Shown here in pieces: positions 49,860 to 63,489 of a DNA stretch of 64,000 bases; the first letter of the stretch is position 1; each line of letters opens with the position of its first letter. Made by a program: the position numbers and the translations under genes. Location: the NCBI GenBank assembly GCA_028534125.1, contig CM052817.1, forward strand, positions 74,154,001-74,218,000, read 5' to 3'. The notes below the pieces were generated by a model, which was given only the letters and a program-made list of their open reading frames with translations, was not told where the DNA came from and did no database searches. This DNA comes from Lama glama. Its lineage: Eukaryota.

Positions 49860-50260
49860 TTCAATTAAATATTGACACTATTTCATGAGCACCAACTATG
49901 AATCAGGCTCTGTGCTAGGCAGGCTGAAGATACAAAGGTGAGAAAACCGGGTCCCTGACTTCACGAAGAAAAACACAGAAAAATAGCACCATACAATGTG
50001 GGAATTGCCAACGCTGAGTTATGTATTATGTACTGCGGAACACAGATGAGAGAAAAAATAATTTTACCACAACGCATAAAACAGGTAAAGTCTGACCTGG
50101 GCTTTGAAGAATAAGTACGAGTTTTCCAGTTAGATAATGATGAAGCAGATTCTAGACCAAAAAAAGCATAACATAAATAACCCTATAGAATCAGACAAAA
50201 ACATCTGAAATGTTTGGAGAAGAGCAAGTAGTTTCATATGTCTGACTATGGACAAAGCCC
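49860..50260 (-). mobile_element. L2 3' fragment
   Basis: TGAGCACCAACTATGAATCAGGCTCTGTGCTAGGC...GGTCCCTGACTTCA. Confidence 0.6.
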
Positions 50261-50302
50261 TTCAATGTGAGCAGAGGTGAGTTGTAAAGAGCTGAGAAGT
50301 TA

Positions 50303-50527
50303 CAGTTGACCCTTGAACAACACAGGTTTGAACTACATTGGTCCACTTATATGCTGATCTTTCTCAATAGTAAATATTTGGCATTGGTTGAATCCACTGA
50401 TGTTGAAGGAGCCTCAGATACGGAGGAAGGACTGTAACTTACATGCTGATTGTCGACTGCATAGAGGATCAGCCCTCCCAATCACCCTCCATCCCGTTGT
50501 TCAAGGGTCATGTGCAAGGGTCAGCTG
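50303..50527. mobile_element. Tigger2-like (TcMar) MITE
   Basis: TA|CAGTTGACCCTTGAACAAC ... GTTGTTCAAGGGTCA...CAAGGGTCAGCTG|TA. Confidence 0.88.
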
Positions 50528-50611
50528 TAATCCAGTACTAAAAAGACAGTTTACTGTGCTGCAGAGAATTTTAATTAGAAGGGTGAGATAACAACTTTTC
50601 ATTAGCAAGGA

Positions 50612-50860
50612 AGTATAATATAGTGGTTACGTGTAGAGACTCTAGAGTTAGACTGCCCAAGTTCAAGTATTAGCTCCACCACTCATGAGGTTTGTGACCT
50701 GCGACAGGCACCTGATCTCTCTGTGCCTCAGTTTCTTCTTCTAAAAAATGAGGATGTTAATAGTACCTACTACATGCAGTTGTAGAGAGATTTATATATA
50801 AGAACAGAACAGTGCCTGGCATATAGTGAGCAGTACCAAAGTGCTGGCTATAATTGTTAT
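50612..50860 (+). mobile_element. Near full-length MIR SINE
   Basis: AGTATAATATAGTGGTTA...GACTCTAGAGTTAGACTGCC...CTCTCTGTGCCTCAGTTTC...AGAACAGTGCCTGGCATATAGT. Confidence 0.88.
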
Positions 50861-51101
50861 TTTAGAAAAATAAAGTTGATGATATTATGGAGTATGGAAC
50901 CAAAAAAGGAAAGCTTATAGGCAATGATTTCAATTAGGAGACTGATGAAAATTATATCTGCAAAAATTAAAATCTGTGAAAAAAATTTCTCTGTATAGAT
51001 ATCCAAATAGCGTAACCATGTACCATACACATTAACACATAATCCGAACTATTTATATATATAACAAGTTACTATTCATACATTCCAAGTGAGATACAAA
51101 T

Positions 51102-51103
<2 letters not shown>

Positions 51104-51147
<44 letters not shown>
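51104..51147. repeat. (GT)22 microsatellite
   Basis: Perfect dinucleotide run. Confidence 0.98.
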
Positions 51148-51148
<1 letters not shown>

Positions 51149-54100
51149 TCCAAATCTCTTAGGCAAACTAACAGATAGATAAGCCAGGTTACAAGTTATA
51201 AACATAAACATACTCCCTATAGAAAACCTAGCAGATATTGTATATATAAATGTAATTTAAAGTTTAGTAACTTGGAACGTAGATAACTGAAAAGAATGAA
51301 TGCTTCTTTGTATATTAGGGGCTCGCTTAGAATGAGGGACAAGAAGATTACACATCTTCCTTGAGAATCTTCCAGTCTCAGAGCCAGACAAACTTCAGTG
51401 GGAATAGGGGAAGCATACTGCTCCCCATCTCTCCTTTTTGGCCAGAAAGTCCCATTTACCAGAAAAGCTTCAGAAATCTTTACCAAAAATCCATTTAAAA
51501 TCCCAAAATTCTACTTCTCAGAAAAATAATATTTCTCTTCAGGCTAGAAATAACATCCAGGCCTCAAAGTGCTATACTGTCATTACTTCTAAAAATAAAC
51601 TGAGCAGATCAGTCTTGAGGTCAGTTTTAAATAATGTGCTGCAGCAGCTATACAAGCTGTGGCCCCGCTCCATCACACTGGAGGCAGTGGGTTCCCTGAA
51701 AGGACAGACCTGCTTTTCCTCCTCTCTCATGCACAAACCTGCAGAGAGCTGGCGGCCAGGCCCCAGGAACCAAAGAGGCTGAGCAAAGCCCTTCACTCTG
51801 GTGACTGCCTTTAGTAAGGCACCCAGAGAGAGCACACCAATGAAAGGAGAGATTCTCCAAATGCAGCAGCTTATCCAAATGGCACCTCACTCTATCCTGA
51901 GGGGTCCTGTCATGGATTTCCTGGGCCCACTATCACGTGGAGGAGCCCCTGATGCCACCTTACATCCTTTTAGCAGTTACACATAACTTAGTCAGATTTT
52001 AAAAAAAGGAAACTCATGAGCCTAAAGAGAAGAGTAAAACACATCTATAAACTATGAAAATAAATAAAAATAAGGGATATTATAAAAAGTGTTGAGTAGG
52101 GACGTTTTAATTTTATGTCAATATAGTCACAAAAACTATCCATTTATTTGAATAAATAATAGACATCTTTGGGAACCAGAAGAGAAACATTGCATTAATA
52201 TTTCCCCATTATTTTCTATGAAAAATACAATTAAAAGATAAATAAATGAATAATGAATGAATGCCAACTCACTAAAATGCACTTGATTCTACCCAACATC
52301 TTTGACACTGAAATTCAAATAAAGTTTTATCCTGAAAGTAATGGGAAGAATTCATGCAAATATTTTCAAATGAAGTTCAAATAATTGAAATGTATCTACA
52401 GGAAAAGACACTCTCTGGTACACCTTTGTAGTATGTCTCTATCTCTTCTCAATTCTTTGTAAAAAAAAATATCCATAAGTTATGGTACTAAAGAGAACAT
52501 TTCACTTCTCCTTTTTTGCTAACAAAATCTTAAGTTATATTTCTAAATGCCGTAATGATTCTCACATTTGTGGGAGAGCTCTAATCTTTAAAAAAGGATT
52601 TTTATTACCCTTTCAGTGCATTTACCTTTAAGTTTAAGAAGGAAGTACAAAACTTACTTCTGGAACCACTTCTTTACAGGGTAATTAAGAATTTGGAGAA
52701 TTAAATCTACAAAAAATTTTGGCCACAACCAAATATGTGAAGTCTTATAATGCACTAGATACCTGAAATCTTATAATGCTCTAGATATATTTTTAATATG
52801 ATCATTGAGAAAAAAGCTTTCAGCCCTGATTTATCAATAAGAGAACAATTCTTATGAATCCTGGTTAGTGTGAGATTTTATGCCGCAAGTTTTAACACAA
52901 ACATACTAAGCTACTTTCTTGTTTTCAACACATGTGTGCACATATCCACATACCAGATTGCTGAAATAATAGTTTCACAATACAAAACTCCAAGAGTAAT
53001 GGATACGTTTCCCAGAAAGGAAAAAAAATTGATTATGTATCTAATAAAATGTTTGCAAAAGTGCCCTGGGAACTAGCCAGGAGCCCTCGTATCCTTTTCT
53101 TTGAATCTGTATCTATTGTGACCTTTCCTAAACTGAGCACAGGAAATTATTAACAATCCTTCCCTATTTTTCCCCCTTCCCTCTTTGAGGGAAATAAGCT
53201 CATCAGTCCTTATGGTAGACTTTCAGACATGTGCTATTGAAGGGGAGGAAAACATATTTTAGAGCATGCAGTAACCACTGCATATGTTCCCAGGTAATCT
53301 GTTACAAATCACTGCTTAGCTGTGATCAACAGCAACAAAACCTCTAGCAGTACCATGTCCACACAAATGGGTCATGTCTAAATATTTATTGACTGAATAA
53401 ACATCAACTGGCCTTACATGTCATTTTATGTGGCCTGTGGTCACAAACCATCTTCTTAAGGGAAAGCCAGGTCATCAATCAACCCTAATTCAAAAGGTTT
53501 AAGCAACTGGGATGAAAACACAGATAGCCTAAAAAGCTGTCAGCCTCTTTATCAGGAGCATCAGGGACTGAAATGGTCCAATGGGCATTTAGGATTAACA
53601 ACAATGTCAGACAAAGGCTAATAAAACTGTCTGTACAAGTAGGCACTGAGTTTGTCTTGCAGCTAAACAAGGAGATCTTCAGTATCTGAAGCTTTTTATC
53701 TGGCATATGCTTTATAAGAAATAAGAAACTTAAGAATTCCTTAGACATCCACCCACCACTGAAAATGGGTAGTTTCTGACTGTTCCTGGCAGTAACATAA
53801 AGACAACCAAATATAAATGAGGCATTTTTATTCTTCCTTTACTTCTTAACATGAAATACTAAATCATCAGGCACTCTGCCTGTTTCCTACATCCTTTCTT
53901 GGTTCAATCATCACAGAGAATCTCACATAAACATTGTAATTTTCAGATAATTCTTTGTTACAAAATAATATATAAACTGAAACTGCTAAAGCACTATGAC
54001 AGAATAACACCTACATTTAAAAATTGAAACATACATACGCACAGGAAAAAAAAGTTCTTTCAATTAAATAGACATTCACACCTTATCAAACGAAACCACT

Positions 54101-55282
54101 ATTAGGTAGATCAGGCTCAGCAAAGGAAAAACAATTTCTTAATTACTAAGTAATGACTTTTTTCTTTAGTTGCTAACAAGCCTTCCAGAAGACTCTGCAG
54201 TCCAACATTAGCTATCAAAACTACGTCTATTGCAAAGAGGTCCAAGAATCTTGCCATCCAAAAGCAGCATGAGGCAAACTAAGTGGATTTCTCCTTTACA
54301 TTATGTATCTGCCAAACCTGTGCCCTTCAGGAGGAGGTCTGTTTGTTCCCAGAACTTCATCCTGAAAACAACCATATTCAAAAGAGCTTAGATGCCCTGA
54401 GTGAGGGAGGAGGCATTCTTCTTTCTAACCATGCCCAGTCTTTAAGTATTTGAAAATAAAATATCCTTCCGTCATTTGCCAGTTAAATGACATGGTTTCT
54501 GTTACATGCACTTGACATCAGAAATAGCATAGTAAACCATCTATTTATACAATTCTTATCCATGTAGACGTTTCTAAAATTTGTGTCTCTAGCACAACCT
54601 CTATCCTGATTTCCAAACATCTCTAGATGCCAGGGGTCCATCTTCCTAGGGCTGTCCTATGAGGTGCTTCAGAGACATCCTTCACAGACTGGAACCCATC
54701 TTCTTCTGGTTCCTGCTGCCTGAACTTGCTTTATCCTCTCCGCTCCTTGCTTTCCTTCATCTGTGTATTCAGTCACACAATCATCAACTCTCTGACCCTG
54801 TAATGTCAGATTCATCTCCAATTCATCTCATCTTTGCCTCCCAACTTCCACTGCCCTATGCCACATCATCACTGCTTCTTGTCTGGATTTATAACCCTGT
54901 CTGTTTCAGTCCCTTTTGGTCCTATACCAAAAAGTGACCATGGAGGAAAAAAGAGCAAAAACAGGTTAACATACAAAGACCAGGATGAGTATGTTTGGGG
55001 AAAAAAAAAAAAGAGTTAAAGGAATAAAGCAGAACAAAAGAGAAGAAGAGTGGGAAGAAGACAGGAGACTCTTCCTCCATTCCTCCCATTTTTCCTATCC
55101 TCCTTCCGCCTCACCTTGAACCAAAACAAAGCTATGTGCTGCTGAATTCCCTGCATTCCAAGTTCTGTCCTCAAAACTCACAAGAATACACATATATGTT
55201 AATGAGAGAATTTTATGCACACACATAATTTTACATGTGTCTGTGCAACTGGGTCTGTTCTTATCTCAATTTTTACTAAGTA

Positions 55283-55510
55283 CAGTTGACCCCTGAATAA
55301 CAGGAGTTTGAATCCACTTACATGCAGACTTTTTTTTTCAATAAATACTACAGTCCTACAGGATCCACAGCTGGTTGAATCCATGGATGCAGAACCATGG
55401 ATATAGAGGAACTGCAGATACTGAGGGCCATCTGTTGGTTACACTTGGATTTTTGACTGTACACAGAGGGTCGCCACCCTAACCCCACTACCTTGTTCAA
55501 GGGTCAACTG
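55283..55510. mobile_element. Tigger2-like (TcMar) MITE
   Basis: TA|CAGTTGACCCCTGAATAAC ... TTGTTCAAGGGTCAACTG|TA, with TIRs and a TA TSD. Confidence 0.92.
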
Positions 55511-58500
55511 TATTTAAAAACATAAATGTAAACTGTTTTGAAAAATAAGCTGAACCACTACTATGGAGTACTTTCCCGTGGTGTGACAAATACTGTGGTA
55601 CCTCTCTTCAGGACTGAGGCATTCATTCCTTAGCTGCTGGAATCAGTAAGGAGTGATGTATGAGACAAAGAAAAGTGAGCTCCCAGTTGTGGGAATGAAG
55701 GTTCTCCTGGGCAGATCTGTGCCTGTGCTATTCAATGGTCTTATATAATTCTCCAATGAATTATTACCTTGTTAAAACCGAGGCAATAAATTAATTGGAA
55801 ATATTATTATATTATGTTCATTTAAAAAATAACCAAAGTTTTACTTTTCAAAATGTCTACTGAATGATTTCCACATTATTAGGCATTTCCCAGCAACTGC
55901 CTTATCCTTCTGCCATGTCTGATGATGGTTAGACCTCTTCTCCACTTTAAAATGTCTAATGTTTTCTCACTAATGTTGAACAAACTTTCAGATCTGTCCT
56001 AGGCAGGCTTTAATTTGAATTTATTTATTCAATACACATTCACTGATTTCACTGAACACTGTGTATTGTACTAAGCTACCTTAGGAATGAAATTCATTAA
56101 CTGCAATTCTGTGTATGATATTAGTTTCCCTATTGTCTTGGGCCAGTTTCTCTCTCTGAATACTTCTCCATTGATACTGGTAATAAATCACACAGGGAAA
56201 TATAGAAGAGATTGTTTGTGAATGCTCTGAGACTCAAAACCCTTAAACACTAAGAATATTTTATGGCACTAAAGAAGTTATTATTATCAGTACAGAGTAA
56301 TTAAAATTCATGATTGTCTCAGGATATACAACACGAGATGCTCCTTAGTACAGAGTGCTCTGTATCCACAACAATGCAAATGTGTTAAGGCAATTCACCA
56401 TCGTTACTGTCACTTAAAAAAAAAGATTTAAGAAATGGGACACTCTCCATTAGAATTAAAAAGGACAAAGATTATCCATCACAACACTTTCAAAAACCAG
56501 AAGACTGAAAATCCTACCTGCTCTGCATAGATTCCTAGACTGTGGCACCATACCTGTTCTACCAATAGTTTAGAACGTGAAGGCACATACTTTTTATAAG
56601 ATTAAAGCTAATTATGCTGCCTATATTGGAAAATTGGATGGAAAGAAGTACATAGTTTGATGGTGGGAGTAAAGGCAATGCCGTCAGAATGAGTAGACTT
56701 TCCCGGGCTACAGCCATTCAATGGCTGCATCTACAACTTTAAAGAGTATAAATGTTCTTGAATGGCAGAAGAAAACCCAATTATGTTTGCCACACTGCTT
56801 AAATGGGTAATGAGGGAAAATGGCCAAATTACACTATTCTTCTGTGAAGCATGGCCAACGAATGTAACTCTGTTCCACATTTAATGAAATTTTCTTCCTA
56901 CTCCTGAGAAAAGGACAAAAAAAAAAATAGCAATACATGAGAAGAATAAAGTCAGCCATGAAATAATTACATAAGCAAGACTTAAAATGCTGAAGAAGAA
57001 CTCACTGAATTATTTAAGAGTCCTTACTAAGTATCTCAACCTTCAACTTCTGGTTCTCTAAGAAAAGATGATCTCTAGCACTCAAAGTTCTTCATGAATT
57101 CCAGGTGCCTTGTCCCTGCACAAGCATTCTATTGACCACATTTCTTCCATTCATACATCAAAACACCAATTCAACTCTATCTGAAGAGGATGAAAATATG
57201 TATCCTCAGTCCTTCTGATAAAATATACTTCAAAAAAGTAGTAATATCAATTTGATAGTATCATTCACTAAATAAAGTCTATGTCTAAAACCTTCAGTTC
57301 GTGAACTTCTTGAGTACCATTAAATTTTGCTGATTTACATATAGTTATCTACTTTTGCACTATTTATAGATAATATACATGCACAAAACATTTCTGTATA
57401 CACATTCCTTGAATATGAGTGTATGAATTTTACATTATTCTTAGGGATATTATCTCATTGACTATCATTTAAAATGAATCTTATTTTCAAGTTTTATTAA
57501 TGTAATTTACAGAATAGCTTATAATGGTTTTCATAAAGCACAGAGTTCATGAAAGCTTTTACTTCCTTATTTAGACAGGAGCCCACAGGAAATCATTTAT
57601 ACTCCCTCTGACCCACAGGAGATGTGAAAAATAAATATAACCAGTCTGCAGCAGCTGGCTGTAAACTGGTACTGAGCTAACCTTTCTGACAGATACCATG
57701 CACAGAAAAGAATGTTGGGCAAGGAATAATTCTGAGTAAGGGGTCAGGATAAGAAAACCAATCCTAAATATATAATCTCCCCAGGTAGCAGTCCTTCCCA
57801 GTATGGTTTCATTATGCTGTCAGAAGGAACATTTGTTAAGTTTATGGGCTCCAAAGCTTCCATAAGAAATTCCTAGGAGACCATCCTGGAAGTCAAGAAA
57901 GCCAAAAAAAGACTTAACATTTTGGAATTGAGCCAAACTAGCTAACAGATTTTTTGAGATTTTATTGGTGTAAGGTATTTGGAGGTGACCCAATAAAATA
58001 CTGTCTTCTATTGGTAGCTTCAATTAAACCTTTGCTAAAAATCAGCTACTCATTTCCTAAGACTCAAACACTCTTCTGATCCTTACAGAGAAAAATGGAA
58101 AGATCAGGCAAAGGTAGCAAGTGGCAGAGCAGAAGGAAAGGAATTAATGTCCTATTTCCCTTCTCCTTGGGTCTATTTGTTATTCATATTCCTTGCATTC
58201 CAACTAGGATGGAAATACTCTATTTTTGAAAGGCTACTGAGTTCTATTTGAAATTTTTTCTCAAGACCTAGGAATTTAAAAGTATATCCATGAATTCTGA
58301 GGTCAGATATAGCTCTAAACAAATACACGTAAAAAAATAAAACAATATCAATAAAAATGTTTTCACTTGTCTACATTAATGCTTTTGAGGGGTTGTCTAA
58401 ACACTTTAGACTTTCTTACACTACCTAATATTTTTTAATTTAAAAATCTACTAAAATGAACCCAAATAAGAAGATATTATCTGTTATAAAAACCATTCTA

Positions 58501-59899
58501 CTAAGCTTTCCAAGGCTAAATGAAAATGAGTTTTAATGTATCCACTCTCCCTCACTTATTCATGCTAGAGTAGCGTTACCAAGCAAAAGCGTAAACTCTC
58601 CCCTTCTATATACAAATCTCTTCTGTTTGTTAGTCTTTAAAAACCTTGTATGAAAATAAAAGACTCGTTCATTATCCACATCAGCTAGTTTTTCTGGGGG
58701 CAGATGGATTAATCTAGGGGTAAGAATTAGCCAATCTGTCCAGAGAATGGAAATACAATGTGATATCATCTGACCTCCAACTTTAGGAGTTTCCTGACCC
58801 CTAGACCAATGGAGCATGAGACACATTAAAGTCTTCAGGAAAAGGAAGATCTAGTTTCTTACCCACTGCTGATTTATTAATGAAGCACTAATACAAGCTC
58901 TCACTAATACTCTCAGTTCTTGCAATGAAGCTGTTCTCCCAGTGCCACCTATGTGTTTTTATTTGGGGAAGTTAATAGTCAAGAATAAGATGCAACAGGC
59001 AACCTACTTAAAAAAAAAAATTAAAAATGATTGATCTATTTCTCAAAAAGCAGATGTTTCTATAAAGGAAAAAGTCAACTTCTGGGTTTACAGGAGGCTC
59101 TTACTTGGGAATGTGGGTCACATGCTCATTAACCTTAGTGAGAAGGAACAAGCGGCTTTGACTCTAATACTTCTCAAGGGCATCACCAACACCTGTAGGA
59201 TGCCAGACAGACAGGAGGAACCCTCTGCTGTGCCCTCCACCTTTCCCAGTGCTCCATTCTATCATGTATGATGAAAAGAAAGCAATTTATCAGAATATTG
59301 TCAAAAAATATCAAAAGGTTAATTTAAATAAACTTTTCCTGTTACTGCTAAACTACACAACCTAAGGCACAATTAAATGCTGTCTGACCTTGTACTCTAA
59401 TTGGTTTACCTGTGTGAGTCCAGGCTCTCAAATGATCAGCAAGTGTCTTGAAGCCAGAAACTTTAGCAACACTTCTCTTATATCACCCACAGCAAAGGTA
59501 CACAGTGTTCTACACATGTTTATAAACTGATTCATAGAGCAGTAGACCTTGATTAGCACACAGCTGATGCAAAATAAATACGGCTAACAAAGGAACATGA
59601 AAATAAGTTTCCAATTTTCTATTTAGAACATGATCTGATCACAACTGGAGAGTCATCAAGAAGATTCCTTCATCTTACTGAACTGAATAATTATTCTAAT
59701 TACATCTCAAAATGAGAAAAGAGAAGTAGAGTGCTCCTTCACATTCCTCAAGGTGGATGATAACTGTCAACACTGCTACCATTTTGAACTTTGTGGGATG
59801 GGAAGATGAGTAAGAAGAATGAGTAAAATAAAGATACACAAACTAAATTAAAAAAAAAAAAGGTGTGGGAAGGTCAGGAGGAACTTGCCAATCATTCAC

Positions 59900-61052
59900 T
59901 ATCCAATCTCAACATTTCAAATACTATCTACATGTTGACAAATACAAATTTTTATCTCCAACCCCTGAATTCCAGACCGTATCTAAGGGTCAGCTCTCTA
60001 TCTCGATCTTAGTATCTAAAAGCACACCCGTCTGAAGTGTCCATACTTAGCTTTTGTTCTCTCCCTCCAAACCTACTGTTCCTTCAGTTTTCTCCACCTC
60101 AATACATAACAACTCCTTCTAAGTTACTCAGCCAAAAGTCTTAACCATGACCTCTCTCTCCCTGATATCTTATATCCAATTGTCAGCAGCCCTCATTGGC
60201 TCTGCTTTCAAAATACAACCAGAATCCAGCCACCACAATTACTCCAGTCCAAGCCAACATTATGTCTCACTTGAACACTGTAACAGCCTCCAATGTGTCT
60301 CCCTGCTTGGGCTCTTAATCCCTTCAATCTATATTCAACACAACAGCCAGAGTGATCCTTAAGTCAGATAATATTACTCCTGCACACAAAACCTTCAAAA
60401 AAATTCCCCAACTCAGCATAAAAGACACAGATCTTGTCATGATCTACAGTGTTCTGCATGAGCTGTGCCCCCTCACCCAATACATACACACAACTTTACC
60501 TCATCTCCTATTACTCTCTCTCCAGCCCCCAACACATTGGCCTGCTCGCTTGAACATACCAGGTATGCTACTGAATCAAAACCCCTGAACTTTCTGATTC
60601 CTCTGCTTAGAAAACTCTTCCCACAGGCATATATGTGGCTGTTCCCTTACCTCCTTCAGAACTTTTCGAAAATGTGCCGTATGAGTGGGGTCTTTCCCAA
60701 CCATCCTGTTTAAAATTGCAACCCACACACCTTGACAGACACACATACCTACACCCACACCTATATACACACACTGAGGCCCCTGCTCTTGCTTCATTTT
60801 TTTCCACAGCCCTTATTACCATCTCACATACTTTTTTTTAACATTTTTTATTGATTCATAATCATTTTACAGTGTTGTGTCAAATTCCAGTGTTCAGCAC
60901 AATTTTTCAGATACTTATATTTTACTTAATGACTAAAATGTTTCCTCCATGAAGGCAGGTATTTTCTTCTGTTTGGATTCCTGCTGCATCACCAGGACCT
61001 AGAAAGGTGCCAGGCATATGGTAAGCAGTCAATAACTATTTGTTTAATAAAT
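59900..61052 (+). mobile_element. L2 3' region (~1.1 kb; contains the 77-bp L1 insert)
   Basis: CTCAGCCAAAAGTCTT...CAACAGCCAGAGTGATCCTTAAGTCAGAT...CTCCATGAAGGCAGG...CAATAACTATTTGTT. Confidence 0.8.
60834..60910 (-). mobile_element. Extremely 5'-truncated (77 bp) young L1 3' end inserted into an L2
   Basis: Reverse complement CTGAAAAATTGTGCTGAACACTGGAATTTGACACAAC...AATAAAAAATGTTAAAA matches 21504-21539. TSD ATACTT at 60828-60833 and 60911-60916. Confidence 0.88.
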
Positions 61053-61289
61053 AAGCAGACCTACTAAGAAGCAAAAAAGAATTAGCCTCTACACAATCAC
61101 TCAATGGATTTCAGTCATCTCCCTCACACTCTCAAGCATTATGTTATCATCCATTATTACTAATAACCCATCCGTTACTAATAATCTGTTAACAGGAACT
61201 ATTTGTTAACAGCAACTGTATTTGTGTGGTCCAGGAACAGTCCTGACCTCATCATCACAAGTCAGGCAAAATATAAGCAACCCAATCAT

Positions 61290-61428
61290 AAGCTAACACC
61301 TACTGAGTGCTTACAATATGTCAGGCGTACATGTTAAGCACTTTAATAGGTTATTCAATCCTCACAACATTCTAAGACATAGGTTTCTATTTCTTTCTTT
61401 CTAAAGGAGGAAACTGAAGCTCAGAGAC
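61290..61428 (-). mobile_element. MIR SINE (5' part continues ~62020-62110 after the L1)
   Basis: ACTGAGTGCTTAC...AATCCTCACAAC...GAGGAAACTGAAGCTCAGAGA; after the L1, CAGGATTTGAATTCAGGTC. Confidence 0.78.
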
Positions 61429-61429
61429 T

Positions 61430-62012
61430 AACAAATTTAACCACCATATGATCTGGCAGTTTCACTTCTGGATAAATACTCAAAGGAAATAAAATCGTCT
61501 CAAAGAGATACCTGCACACCTATGTTCACTGCAGCATTATTTACAATAGCTAAGACATGGAAACAATCTAAGTGTCCACTGTCCACTGATGAATAAATGG
61601 ATAAAGAAAATGTAAGATATATAGACAGATATAGATGCACAGACATATCACTTACGTGTCAAATTCATAAAGACAGTAGATTGACAGTTACCAGAGGCTG
61701 AGGGGTAGGGAAAGTGGGAAGATTTGTCAAGGGGTAAAACCTCTCAGTTATAAAGTGAATGAGCTCTTGGGATCTAACGTATAGAATGGTGACTATAGTT
61801 AACAATACTGTATCGTATACTTGAAAGTTGCTAAGAGAGTACATCTTATATGTTCTTACCACAAAAAAAAAAAAAGATAATTATGTGAGGTGATGGATGT
61901 GTTAACTAACCTTACTATCAAACATTTTGCAACATGTACACGTGTCAAATGTTGCACAGAAATTTATATAATATTGTATGTCAATTATGTCTCAAAACAA
62001 TCTGGGAGAAAA
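61430..62012 (+). mobile_element. Older L1MA/MB-like 3' end inserted into a MIR
   Basis: ORF2-end sequence (CCATATGATCTGGCAGTTTCACTTCTGG...ATGTTCACTGCAGCATTATTTACAATAGCTAAGACATGG) followed by an L1M-type 3'UTR. MIR-like sequence lies on both sides. Confidence 0.85.
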
Positions 62013-63289
62013 AATGAGGGAAAAAAGTGACTTTACTAAATTTTAACATGGCTAGAAAGTGAAAGAATCAGGATTTGAATTCAGGTCATCCAAACGCCAT
62101 GTTCTTAACTCTTGTGTCTAACAGAAAGATGGTCCCACCCTGCAGCACAGAGAAGGTAGTATTTAACTATGTGATGAGGTAGTCTGAAAAATAGCCTAGT
62201 AAGACATAACACTGGGATGTACCAGGAAGCACAATGTCCCTACCTTGAAAGGATTCCAGACTTGGTACAGGAGGCAGTGGGGACCTGCTACATCTGAGCC
62301 AGAAAGTCGGTGATACTGACTGAGGGTCTTTCCTAAGTACAGTGACTCTAGTATAAAGGTTTTGCAAAGGTTGAGGAAATAAAGGAAGGCAAAAATGTAC
62401 ATGTGGAAATGTGTATGTACAAGAACATGGAGACAAAAATTAATGCATTAATTTTTGTTCATTTATTCAACAACATAAGTCTCTAATGTTAGAGGCATTG
62501 TTATCGATATCAGGAACACTAGGAACAAACAGATGATCCCTGTGCTTAAGCAGTTCATCGCCTGGCAAAGGCAGTTACAGGGCAATGATTAAGCAGCCAG
62601 CCTGAATAGGTCAGATGATGTAGAGAGTTTATTGGAGAACAGTGAGTGAAAAGGTTAACAGGTAAAAAGGGAAGACATTATGGAGAATTTTGAGGGTCAG
62701 AGAAATTTGAATTTGGTTGTAAAAACATGTTAATTGTACATTTCTGACATACACAATAAATACCTGTTGAATGAAGGATCATAATTCTTAAATGCATTCA
62801 AAGCCCTGGCCTAGAAACTATTTTTCTCATTTCTGTACTTGGATAACTACTGCAAGAGAGAATCATTTATTAGAATCTCTCAATCCACCAATAATCTTGG
62901 AAAATAAGGGAAGGATTCTTTTTACTATAATAGGCCAGTTCTTATGAGAAATGACTCATATAATACCTCTCTGTTTTGAAATATCTACAAAAAATTCCAA
63001 AGCATAGCTGATTTTTCCCCTCCTGGAAATGACTCCCTCAAACAGACGTTCTTGGAATTTATCAAATAGCCCATTTTCTCCTTGAATTAAACTCCTAAGA
63101 ACCATCGCAGAAGTCATGGGGTAAAAGATCCACCTTCCCTTTCCAACCTGCTCACAAAACTAACAAGTCACAGCGTTTAGCCTCCTAGGTCACAGAGGAG
63201 AGGTCATTTTTAAATGGCAATATTCATTCAATATCTATACCCAATGCTTTTGACTCTTTCCTAATACATTGACTTAGACATATAACCAC

Positions 63290-63460
63290 AGTGCTCTGTG
63301 CCTCAGATCCATTATCCATAAAACAGAATTACAATAGATCTACCTGATAGGATTTGTGTTACCACAGTATCAAATTTAGTACCTATGCCACAAGTATTCA
63401 ATAATGCTTGGCCCACTGTAAACCCTCAGTAAAAATCAGCACTCATCATTGTTATTACTG
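63290..63460 (+). mobile_element. MIR SINE fragment
   Basis: CTCTGTGCCTCAG...ATAAAA...TACCTGATAGG. Confidence 0.55.
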
Positions 63461-63489
63461 TACCCATTGTAATGTCTATCAGTGGTTTA

